Assembly: GCA_012798265.1 (NCBI GenBank)
Contig: JAAZNM010000002.1
Location: 6,890 to 70,889, forward strand
Reading direction: 5' to 3'
Source: Candidatus Roizmanbacteria bacterium
GTDB lineage: Bacteria; Patescibacteriota; Microgenomatia; UBA1406; GWC2-37-13
DNA length: 64,000 nt
Part shown: piece by piece, positions 55,150 through 63,594 of the stretch
Layout: the number at the start of each line of letters is the position of its first letter
Numbering within the stretch: the first letter of the stretch is position 1
Position numbers and translations under genes: made by a program
Notes under the pieces: generated by a model
Told to the model about the DNA's origin: nothing
The model's input: only the letters and a program-made list of their open reading frames with translations
Database searches by the model: none

Positions 55150-55596
55150 ATGTACTGTCTTTTTTGCAAGAACGCTGGTACCGACGTAATTGAGACCAGA
55201 GTTTCCGATGACGGATCGACGGTAAGACGAAGAAGACTGTGTCCGAACTGTGACAAAAGATTTACCACATACGAAAGGGTAGAGGAACTGCCAATACTGG
55301 TTATCAAGAGAGACGGCCGACGGGAAAGATTTTACCGGGAAAAGCTAAGGGACGGAATCTTAAAATCAACGGGAAAGACAACGGTCTCGGCCGATCAGGT
55401 CGAAATGATTATCAACCAGGTGGAGACGGAGTTGAAACAGAAGGACTCAACCGAAGTCGAAAGCCGGAGCATAGGTAACCTTGTCGCCAAAAAGCTGAAG
55501 GCGATTGATAAAATTGCCTATATCCGTTTTGCCTCGGTTTTCCGGAGGTTTGTCGATTTGGACGATTTTGATAAAGAGATAAAAAAATTAATATAA
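55150..55596 (+). CDS. nrdR: Transcriptional repressor NrdR
   Basis: MYCLFCKN...TRVSDDGSTVRRRRLCPNCDKRFTTYE zinc ribbon plus an ATP-cone. Confidence 0.95.
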   Translation: MYCLFCKNAGTDVIETRVSDDGSTVRRRRLCPNCDKRFTTYERVEELPILVIKRDGRRERFYREKLRDGILKSTGKTTVSADQVEMIINQVETELKQKDSTEVESRSIGNLVAKKLKAIDKIAYIRFASVFRRFVDLDDFDKEIKKLI

Positions 55597-55615
55597 ATTA
55601 ATAGTTATCAATCTT

Positions 55616-57955
55616 ATGAAATTAACCGGCGTCTCAGAAAAGGTTTTTCTTGACCGTTATTCGTTAAAGGACAAAAAGGGCAGCCCTGTTGAAAAAACTC
55701 CCGACAGCATGTGGAAAAGAGTCGCCGAGGCAGTCGCCGTCCGAGAGAAAAAAGGCGAACAGAAAAAATGGTCAAAAGAGTTCTATCAAGCGATGAAGGA
55801 CTTCAAATACATTCCCGGAGGAAGAATCCTGGCCGGTGCCGGTACCGGTTATTCGGTAACTTACTATAACTGCTTTGTCATTCCCAGTCCAAAAGACTCA
55901 AGGGACGGTATTTTGGAAACTTTGAAACAGATGGTTGAGATTATGGCTCGGGGAGGCGGAGTAGGAATCAATCTTTCATCCCTCCGTCCACGCGGTACTC
56001 GTGTCCGTAAAGTAAACGGTTTTTCGTCAGGGCCGACCAACTGGGCCGAGCTTTTCTCGGTAGCTACCAAGGACATTATCCAGCAGGGCGGTACCCGCCG
56101 GGGAGCTCTGATGCTTATGCTTTGGGATTGGCATCCTGATATCGAAGAGTTCATCACGGTCAAACAGGACCTAAGACGAATAAACGGCGCCAATCTGTCT
56201 GTCTGCATTTCCGACAAGTTTATGGCGGCGGTCGAAAAAGACGAAGATTGGCCTTTGGTTTTTCCGGACAGTTCCGATCCCGAATATGATGAAAAATGGA
56301 ACGGCGATCTTGAAGTTTGGCAATCCCTTGGTAAAGCCGTCAAGGTAAAAAAAGTGGTCAAGGCTAGACAGATTTGGGACCTTATTGCTCAAGCCGCCTG
56401 GAAAAGCGCCGAACCCGGAGTGGTTTTTATGGAAAGATACAATAAATGGCATAACAATTATTATTGGAATCGGATAAACTGCGTCAATCCTTGTGGTGAG
56501 GAAGGCTTGCCACCCTGGGGAGTGTGCAATCTCGGCTCCATCAACCTGTCGGCCTTGGTCAAGGGCAACGATATTGACAAAAAAGGCAACTTCGACTTCA
56601 AAACCTTAAAAAAGGTCGTTAGGACGGCGGTTCGTTTCCAAGACAACGTCATCGATATGGACACTTATGTCTTTGACGGAATTAAAAGAACTCAACTGGA
56701 AGGGGAAAGAAGGATAGGTCTTGGAACTATGGGGCTTGGCGACACTTTAATCAAACTCCATCTCCGCTACGGTTCGGAAAAGGCTTTAAAGTTCATTGAA
56801 AAAGTTTACAAAATTATCCGTGATGAAGCTTATCTGGCTTCAGTAGAGACTGCCAAGGAAAAGGGAGCTTTTCCGAAGTTTGATCAAGATAAATATCCCA
56901 AGGGCCGTTTTATTCAAAACCTACCCAGGGATATTCAGGAAAATGTTAAAAAGCACGGCGTCAGGAACTCCATAATTCTGATGCAGGCACCGACCGGATC
57001 AACCTCGCTTATGGCCAATACGACCTCGGGGATAGAGCCGGTTTTTGAATTTGAGTTTGTCAGAAGAGACAGGTTGGGGGAACATGTCATCCGCCACCAT
57101 CTTTATGATATCTGGTACAAAAAACATGAAAAGGAAATTAAGGAAAAGAGTCTTGCAAAGCCCGAATGGTTTGTTTCAGCTAACGAACTCACCCCGGAAG
57201 AACATATCAAAGTCCAAGCCGTCATCCAACGGTATGTCGACGCCTCAATCTCAAAGACGGTTAACGCTCCGAAAACCCATACGGTCGAAGATGTTAAAAA
57301 ACTTTATACGCTGGCCTATAAAATGGGTTTAAAAGGCATCGCTTACATGAGAGAAGGGTCAAGAGAAGGAGTCTTGGAAAGGGTTCCGGAAAAAAAAGAA
57401 AAAAAGGAAGAAGCAGCTCCCGTATATACCGTCAAACCTCGACCGATGGTCGTCCAAGGAGCTACCTATAGGATCAATACGCCGGTCGGACTGGCTTTTA
57501 TTACCATAAATACCAATGGTAATAATGAACCGTTGGAGTTATTTATCAATGTCGGCAAGGCCGGATCCGATGTCTCGGCTATGGCCGAAGGATTGGGGAG
57601 AATGATCTCCCTGGCTTTAAGATTTTCTTCCCACATCTCTCCTAAAGAAAGGGTCAAGGAAATTTATAAACAGCTTCAAGGTATAGGTGGCGCCCGGGCT
57701 TTGGGCTTTGGTAAAGAACGTATTCGTAGCCTGCCCGATGCTTTGGCTAAAGTGTTGGCCATGCACTTTGACCTTAACGGCCACAACCACGAGCAGGAAA
57801 AACCTCAGGTTGTCGCTGAAGCCGCACAACCCAGCCTCCTGGCCCCTAAAGCCGACGAAAAGATATTTGACCTCTGCCCCAGTTGCGGAGAGGTTACCCT
57901 GGCTCATGAAGAAGGCTGTAAAAAATGTTATAGCTGCGGCTATTCCGAATGCTGA
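55616..57955 (+). CDS. nrdJ: Adenosylcobalamin-dependent (class II) ribonucleotide reductase
   Basis: CVNPCGEEGLPPWGVCNLGSINL active-site block, and C-terminal CPSCG...CKKCYSCG. Confidence 0.9.
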   Translation: MKLTGVSEKVFLDRYSLKDKKGSPVEKTPDSMWKRVAEAVAVREKKGEQKKWSKEFYQAMKDFKYIPGGRILAGAGTGYSVTYYNCFVIPSPKDSRDGILETLKQMVEIMARGGGVGINLSSLRPRGTRVRKVNGFSSGPTNWAELFSVATKDIIQQGGTRRGALMLMLWDWHPDIEEFITVKQDLRRINGANLSVCISDKFMAAVEKDEDWPLVFPDSSDPEYDEKWNGDLEVWQSLGKAVKVKKVVKARQIWDLIAQAAWKSAEPGVVFMERYNKWHNNYYWNRINCVNPCGEEGLPPWGVCNLGSINLSALVKGNDIDKKGNFDFKTLKKVVRTAVRFQDNVIDMDTYVFDGIKRTQLEGERRIGLGTMGLGDTLIKLHLRYGSEKALKFIEKVYKIIRDEAYLASVETAKEKGAFPKFDQDKYPKGRFIQNLPRDIQENVKKHGVRNSIILMQAPTGSTSLMANTTSGIEPVFEFEFVRRDRLGEHVIRHHLYDIWYKKHEKEIKEKSLAKPEWFVSANELTPEEHIKVQAVIQRYVDASISKTVNAPKTHTVEDVKKLYTLAYKMGLKGIAYMREGSREGVLERVPEKKEKKEEAAPVYTVKPRPMVVQGATYRINTPVGLAFITINTNGNNEPLELFINVGKAGSDVSAMAEGLGRMISLALRFSSHISPKERVKEIYKQLQGIGGARALGFGKERIRSLPDALAKVLAMHFDLNGHNHEQEKPQVVAEAAQPSLLAPKADEKIFDLCPSCGEVTLAHEEGCKKCYSCGYSEC

Positions 57956-57979
57956 GCATAATAACTGGAGTTTATTTAT

Positions 57980-58462
57980 ATGCCAATATATACAAAAACG
58001 GGGGATAAAGGGAAAACTTCTTTATATGGAGGCAGAAGAGTCAGTAAAGCCGACCCGCAGGTTGAGGCTTGCGGGACTATCGACGAGCTTTCAAGCTTCA
58101 TAGGTTTAATCGCGTCCGAAGTCGACGATAAGGAAAGGGAGTTTTACTCCTTGATCCAAAAAGATCTGTATCTGGTTATGTCATTTTTGGCGGGAGCAGG
58201 GACTGATATCAATCCTCTTGACTCAAGGATTAAGTTTTTTGAGCAATATATAGATGAATTATCGTCAGAACTGCCCGATCTCAAACGTTTTATTCTTCCT
58301 CAGGGAAGCCGGATGGCGGTTTATCACCATCTGGCCCGGACTGTCTGCCGTCGTGGGGAAAGAGCGGTTGTCCGTTGCCAAAACCGATCGGCAGCCGCGG
58401 TTGTCCCTTATCTTAATCGTCTCTCCGATCTGCTCTTTGTTCTTGCCCGCAAGTACGACTGA
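57980..58462 (+). CDS. pduO: PduO-type ATP:cob(I)alamin adenosyltransferase
   Basis: IYTKTGDKGKTSLYGGRRVSKADPQVEACGTIDELSSFIG. Confidence 0.9.
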   Translation: MPIYTKTGDKGKTSLYGGRRVSKADPQVEACGTIDELSSFIGLIASEVDDKEREFYSLIQKDLYLVMSFLAGAGTDINPLDSRIKFFEQYIDELSSELPDLKRFILPQGSRMAVYHHLARTVCRRGERAVVRCQNRSAAAVVPYLNRLSDLLFVLARKYD

Positions 58463-58499
58463 CCTTTAATTTATACGGTAAGACTTATATAATCATTTT

Positions 58500-58925
58500 A
58501 TGGGCAATAAAAACTACACTCCGATCGATGATCTCATAAAAAAGCATAAACAGAGCTTCGTATCGATACCAAAAGAAGCGGAACCCATTCCCGTTAAAAA
58601 AGATTTTGCCGAAGTCAAACAGGGGTATGAACAGGAGACGGGGGAGGAAGTCGTCCCATTCCTCAAAAAAATGACGGAGACGATCAAACTGCCGCCCGAC
58701 CTGAAAAAGATTGGACTGCAGGCTGAGGAACCAAGTTTAACGGAGATTTCCGATCACCCGTCGATCAAACTGCCGCTATCTGACGATAAGATCGTCTCCG
58801 GGATGCATGCTCCGGTCACCTCATCGTTAAGATGGCTGGCGACTTTTGCTTTTTATCTTCTCAGTAAGGCCCATCTGGGATTGAAGATCGTTGGCGGACA
58901 TGCCGTCAGGATAATCAAAAAATGA
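58500..58925 (+). CDS. Hypothetical tail-anchored protein
   Basis: 141 aa with an acidic N-terminal part and a C-terminal hydrophobic helix, SSLRWLATFAFYLL. Confidence 0.5.
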   Translation: MGNKNYTPIDDLIKKHKQSFVSIPKEAEPIPVKKDFAEVKQGYEQETGEEVVPFLKKMTETIKLPPDLKKIGLQAEEPSLTEISDHPSIKLPLSDDKIVSGMHAPVTSSLRWLATFAFYLLSKAHLGLKIVGGHAVRIIKK

Positions 58926-58998
58926 CAAATTATTAAGCTTTTTGTCGCTCAGACTTTGAGTTTTGTCTGTAATTTGTTATTTATGATTTGAAGTTTGT

Positions 58999-59322
58999 TT
59001 ATATGGAAGTGGCTTTGCTTATTTCTTGTTTAAAACCTTCCTTACCCATAGCGCCAACGAACTGATTTACCGGTTTACCGTCTTTAAAGATAATCACGGT
59101 CGGTATGGAAAAAATAGAGTATTGAGAAGCTAAATCGGAGTTTTCATCGACATTTACCTTGACAAACTTGATCGTCTGCATCTCGGTCGCAAGCTCATCA
59201 ATAATCGGACCGGTCATCTTGCACGGACCGCACCATTCGGCATAAAAATCGACAAAAACAATGCCTTTATGGTCAACTACCTCTTTTTGAAAATCGTTTT
59301 GGCTTATATGAGCGACTGACAT
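58999..59322 (-). CDS. trxA: Thioredoxin
   Basis: WCGPCK active site. ATG 59322 is preferred over TTG 59334. Confidence 0.93.
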   Translation of the reverse strand: MSVAHISQNDFQKEVVDHKGIVFVDFYAEWCGPCKMTGPIIDELATEMQTIKFVKVNVDENSDLASQYSIFSIPTVIIFKDGKPVNQFVGAMGKEGFKQEISKATSI

Positions 59323-59436
59323 ATTAAAAAACAACAGATTAAATATTAATATCCTGAAAATAAATAGTCAAGTTCTTTTTGACCGATTAAAAATGTTATT
59401 GAAATTATCAATCTTATAATATAATTAAAAAAACAG

Positions 59437-60822
59437 ATGAACGAAACAATTCACATTTATCGGAAGATTCTCCGCAACGGGATAGAAATAAAAATAAAAA
59501 GAAAAAAATATCAGATCACATATCCAAACTATATCTGGGAGCGTTTCCCGGGTTCTCTGCATAAAATTTTTGCCGATAGTCTTTCTTATATAGCTACCTG
59601 GCATCTGCCGCTTGCGGAAAATAAAAACATCGTCTACCATTTTAACCATCCGCCGATCGAGCCGGTTTTTTTCAAAATGCTTTTTTATTCAATTCCGATG
59701 AACATCTTCGAATTCAACAATATAACCACTTCCGATATCCTGCAGAAGTTCTATAACGCAAACTTTAAAGTTCATTTTAAGGGATTAAATCATGCCCATG
59801 CCGGCAAAATACCAAAAAGGGTGCTCAAGGAAAAGTCGTTGCTGTTTTTTTCTTTCGGGAAAGACAGCTTGCTGACTTACGGACTGCTTAAGGAACTGGG
59901 GGTATCGATAATACCTGTTTTTATGAGAGAACCGCAAAGCGCTTTTGAAAACGCCCACAAAAAAAAACTGGCCGATAATTTCTACAAGAAATTTTCAGAA
60001 GAGGTTCTGTTTTTCCCTCTGACCATCGGTCGTCTCCGCCAGACAAAAGATCTTTACTGGGGCTGGGACCTGCTGCTTTCGCAATACGCTTTCGTTCTCG
60101 TCCCTTTTTATTTTTATTATCAGACAAAATATCTTTTTTTCGGCAACGAACAAAGCTGTAATTATTCAATAGAGGACGGGGAAGGGTACCTGATCAATCC
60201 TGTCTTTGAACAAAGTATCTTCGGCATGCAACATCTTCAGGATATCCCAAAGCAGTTTTTTATCAATACCCATGTCGGCAGTTTGGTCGAACCGATCCAT
60301 GAGATATTTATAACCTACATATTGCACCGGCGCTATCCGGAGATCGGCCACTTCCAGATGTCGTGTTTTTCCGAAGAACCGGAAGCCAAAAAAAGAAGAT
60401 GGTGCACCAAGTGCGAAAAATGCGCCCGAATGTACATATTTTTGAAAGCGTTGAATATCTCTCCCGAACGGGTCGGTTTTTACAACAATCACATGCTTGA
60501 AAAACAGAAAGAGGGACTTTACACAATATTCAACCAGACCAACGGTAAAAGCGCCTATGGCGGAAGCGGTCTCGGCAAAGACGAACAACTATTGGCTTTT
60601 TATCTGGCTTATAAAAACGGCGTCAAAGGACCGCTTATCAACAAGTTCAAAAGGTTATACCTGAAAACCGTTTTGAAAAAAAAAGATAAACTGATTAAAG
60701 AGTATTTTGGCATTCATTCGTCACTGTCTTTACCGTCGTCACTGCGCAGAAAAACACTGGCGATCATAAAAAAAGAGCAGAGAAAAGCTCTGGACTACGT
60801 CCATAAACTCGTTAACAACTGA
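59437..60822 (+). CDS. Uncharacterised protein with degenerate PP-loop (SFGKDS) and WCTKCEKC motif
   Basis: 461 aa. LLFFSFGKDSLLTYGLL resembles the SGGKDS ATP-pyrophosphatase loop, and RRWCTKCEKCARMYIFL lies downstream. Confidence 0.6.
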   Translation: MNETIHIYRKILRNGIEIKIKRKKYQITYPNYIWERFPGSLHKIFADSLSYIATWHLPLAENKNIVYHFNHPPIEPVFFKMLFYSIPMNIFEFNNITTSDILQKFYNANFKVHFKGLNHAHAGKIPKRVLKEKSLLFFSFGKDSLLTYGLLKELGVSIIPVFMREPQSAFENAHKKKLADNFYKKFSEEVLFFPLTIGRLRQTKDLYWGWDLLLSQYAFVLVPFYFYYQTKYLFFGNEQSCNYSIEDGEGYLINPVFEQSIFGMQHLQDIPKQFFINTHVGSLVEPIHEIFITYILHRRYPEIGHFQMSCFSEEPEAKKRRWCTKCEKCARMYIFLKALNISPERVGFYNNHMLEKQKEGLYTIFNQTNGKSAYGGSGLGKDEQLLAFYLAYKNGVKGPLINKFKRLYLKTVLKKKDKLIKEYFGIHSSLSLPSSLRRKTLAIIKKEQRKALDYVHKLVNN

Positions 60823-60828
60823 GCCTCC

Positions 60829-60858
60829 GCGACCTCGCAGGTCGACCTGCGAGGTCGC
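60829..60858. repeat. Perfect 30-bp GC-rich palindrome
   Basis: GCGACCTCGCAGGTC|GACCTGCGAGGTCGC sits between convergent genes. No T-tract follows on either strand. Confidence 0.9.
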
Positions 60859-60875
60859 CTGGAATTCGCCGGGAT

Positions 60876-62591
60876 TTATCGCTTCTCTACATTAAAAAGC
60901 GGGCCGACTATTTGGATATTGGCCGGCGCCCGAAGATTGAACCAATCCTTGAATTCACTGGCGTTAAAGCTATTGCTTCCAGCATCACCGTTGACATTGA
61001 CCGAACTCGCTCTTCCGGATCCAAAATCAGCGCTAACCGAAACATCACTTACATTATTGTACGGATTTCCGCCTCTCGCCCTTAACTCTGACTTAACTTT
61101 TTCGGCATCCCAGGTATCCTTACCGGCAGGATTGGATCTATCGGTCTGATAAAGATGTTCACTCGTGGAACTGTCTCTTTTTACCAAGAGGATTATATTG
61201 GCTATATCAGCTACTTCATTCGGCTTTAACCAAGCGGTTTTGTTATATTCTGGACGATATCCCCAATCACAATAAAACCAAGGCGATTCACGATCATAAG
61301 AATTGTTACGAAGATCGTCAAAGCTATTAACGCCGGATGATGTGTCTGTTCCGTGTTTTGTCCAATCTGTACCAGACCATCCTATTTCTCCAGAAGAAAA
61401 GATATAGCCACCATGAGTTGAAGAATACCAAGCTTTGATAGGATTACCATTCTGAACCATAACCCATCCTTTAGTTGCTTCTACCGCCTCATTCCATTTG
61501 CCACCTTTTTCATTCGCTAAAAATACCTGACATCTGTCTGTTCCGCATATGGAACCGCTCCCGTTATTTGTGTAAGCCAGAGCATATGATCTGGCGGCAA
61601 CCGCCTGAGCTTTGAGAGCTTCAAATCCACCACTATTACCCCATGATTCGGGCATTTCTCCCAGGTGCTTAAGATATTCTTCTATTTTTAAAGATGGCCC
61701 TCCCTCGACATTAATAGTAATGTCTTGGTTATAATCTTTTTTCAATTCAAAGTTGTTGTAATATGCGCGCAGTATATCTTCTACGTTTTGTCCTGATTTT
61801 GAACGACCATATGCCCCATATTGGTTAAGCCCCACCCTATTAGGAACACCATACGTAAAAAATGCAAATCTTGGGCTGAATCCCGGATCTTTGTCCCGAT
61901 CATCAACACAGCCAGAAGCTCCTGTCCCAGCCGATTTCGGAATATTTAAACTGGCTTGTTTTTGGGCGATTAATTGTTGCTGCACTGCGCTTAGCTGGGC
62001 GATTTTTTGTCTGGTAGTACTGATCTCTCCTGCCAATATTTGGGATTGTCGGTCAATCTCTTTTTTCAAAGCCGTCATCTGCACCCTTTCGTTCTCAAGC
62101 GAAGCTTTTTTTTCCTCAAGATTCTTTATATAAAGAACTATCTTGATGATGGTTTTTTTATCTTCGTCAACCATTGATTTTTGGTAAAAAAAATTCTCCA
62201 AGGAACGGGAAATGTTTTCCGTCACAAAAAGATTGATCAGGGAAGATGAGTTTTTCCCGATATTTTTATAATAGGTTTTTGCCCTTTCATTAAGAAGTTG
62301 TTTTTGGTATTCGAGAACCTTTTCGCCGTCGACAACCTCTTTTTCTTTCTTGACTATCTCCGCTTCCAAAAAGACAATCTGGTTTTTTATATTCTGAAGT
62401 TGGGTACCGAGTTTTTGGTAGTTGGCCTCTTTACCCTTTAAGTCATTGTTAAGGGTCTCCAGATCTTTTCTCACCTGATTTATTTTGTCATCGATGGAAT
62501 CGGCACGAACCTGAGTCAAAAAAAACAATGAGGACAAAATTATAAGCAAAATCGCCGCGGCCTTTTTCATATTATAAATTATACTTAACAT
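60876..62591 (-). CDS. SpoIID/LytB-domain peptidoglycan-remodelling protein with N-terminal coiled coil
   Basis: Signal/TM segment and about 200 aa of coiled coil, then ALKAQAVAARSYALAY...CGTDRCQVF...WYSSTHGGY. Confidence 0.78.
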   Translation of the reverse strand: MLSIIYNMKKAAAILLIILSSLFFLTQVRADSIDDKINQVRKDLETLNNDLKGKEANYQKLGTQLQNIKNQIVFLEAEIVKKEKEVVDGEKVLEYQKQLLNERAKTYYKNIGKNSSSLINLFVTENISRSLENFFYQKSMVDEDKKTIIKIVLYIKNLEEKKASLENERVQMTALKKEIDRQSQILAGEISTTRQKIAQLSAVQQQLIAQKQASLNIPKSAGTGASGCVDDRDKDPGFSPRFAFFTYGVPNRVGLNQYGAYGRSKSGQNVEDILRAYYNNFELKKDYNQDITINVEGGPSLKIEEYLKHLGEMPESWGNSGGFEALKAQAVAARSYALAYTNNGSGSICGTDRCQVFLANEKGGKWNEAVEATKGWVMVQNGNPIKAWYSSTHGGYIFSSGEIGWSGTDWTKHGTDTSSGVNSFDDLRNNSYDRESPWFYCDWGYRPEYNKTAWLKPNEVADIANIILLVKRDSSTSEHLYQTDRSNPAGKDTWDAEKVKSELRARGGNPYNNVSDVSVSADFGSGRASSVNVNGDAGSNSFNASEFKDWFNLRAPANIQIVGPLFNVEKR

Positions 62592-62629
62592 CGGCTAGAT
62601 TTTTTCCGGCGGTTTTATATACTAAGGTT

Positions 62630-63178
62630 ATGAGACGTTTTTTTCTTGCTTTGCTGATTTTCACAGTTTTGTTACTTACCCCAAAATCTCTGTTGGCCGA
62701 AGATCGCTACACCAATTGCGATGCCTGTGGGTTTTGCCCATCCGTAACTCCCGTTCCGGCCACCTGGGAACAATGCCGGGCCTGTCTTTACCCCAACGCC
62801 TCGTCCGACCCCCTATTGAAAGACACGTTGAGAGTAACCAATAACACGCCGCCGACCACGGCTCCCGGACGAATGTTTACCCAGCTCGGCTGCATAAAAA
62901 GCGATCTGGGTAGTTTTCAGGATGAGGGAGCGGCCGCCAGCGTCACGCAGGCGATCCTTAATCTGATCTGGAGGGCGGTCGGCATACTGGCACTTTTATA
63001 TCTTATTTACGGGGCGTCAATCATCCTTACTTCGCAGGATAATCCCGAAAGATTAGATCGAGGAAAAAAGATTGTTTGGGGAGCGATTATCGGAGCACTG
63101 TTTGTTATCGGATCAACATTCATCATCAAACTGCTTATCCAGGTTTTGGGGATACCGGGGTTTATCAACACCGGTTAA
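62630..63178 (+). CDS. TrbC/VirB2-like (T4SS-type) pilin-like protein with Cys-rich N-terminal extension
   Basis: Signal peptide, 6 Cys in CDACGFCP...CRACLYP, then the two-helix core AVGILALLYLIYGASIILTSQDNPERLDRGKKIVWGAIIGALFVIG. Confidence 0.5.
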   Translation: MRRFFLALLIFTVLLLTPKSLLAEDRYTNCDACGFCPSVTPVPATWEQCRACLYPNASSDPLLKDTLRVTNNTPPTTAPGRMFTQLGCIKSDLGSFQDEGAAASVTQAILNLIWRAVGILALLYLIYGASIILTSQDNPERLDRGKKIVWGAIIGALFVIGSTFIIKLLIQVLGIPGFINTG

Positions 63179-63182
63179 AAGA

Positions 63183-63509
63183 TTAAGCCTGTTTTTTACC
63201 AGACTTTCTTAAAAACAAACCGGATCCCAGTCCGGTCAGCACAAAAGGCACAAGCAAAGTAGGGGAACCGGTAGCGGGAATGGTCTTGACGGCACCATTG
63301 TTTTTTTGAGTCTGATACTGGTTATACTGAGTGATCTGAGGAGTGGGGAGGGTCAGTTTTGAAACGGTCGGGGTCGGGGTTGTCTTTACGGCACCGGTTA
63401 TATTCGACAGTTTTCCGCCGAGTTTTATCTTTCCGGAAACGATCGCAAGAAAAACGACCACAACTACCAGGCCGAGAATAAACGAAACTATCTTGTTCAT
63501 ATTTTCCAT
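63183..63509 (-). CDS. Small surface protein with sortase-type sorting signal (IPATG)
   Basis: 108 aa. It has an N-terminal signal/TM segment and a T/P/Q-rich middle. The C-terminus is IPATG, then a 19-residue hydrophobic stretch, then RKSGKKQA. Confidence 0.6.
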   Translation of the reverse strand: MENMNKIVSFILGLVVVVVFLAIVSGKIKLGGKLSNITGAVKTTPTPTVSKLTLPTPQITQYNQYQTQKNNGAVKTIPATGSPTLLVPFVLTGLGSGLFLRKSGKKQA

Positions 63510-63594
63510 ATGGCTATATTATAACATTATAGGATAATTTTTGCAAATATAACTCAAGCTTGACTTTTTTCCGGGAAAAAGCGAGAATAAAAAT

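Noticed and set aside
55864-56361. 165-aa minus-strand ORF
   Set aside because: It is antisense to nrdJ.
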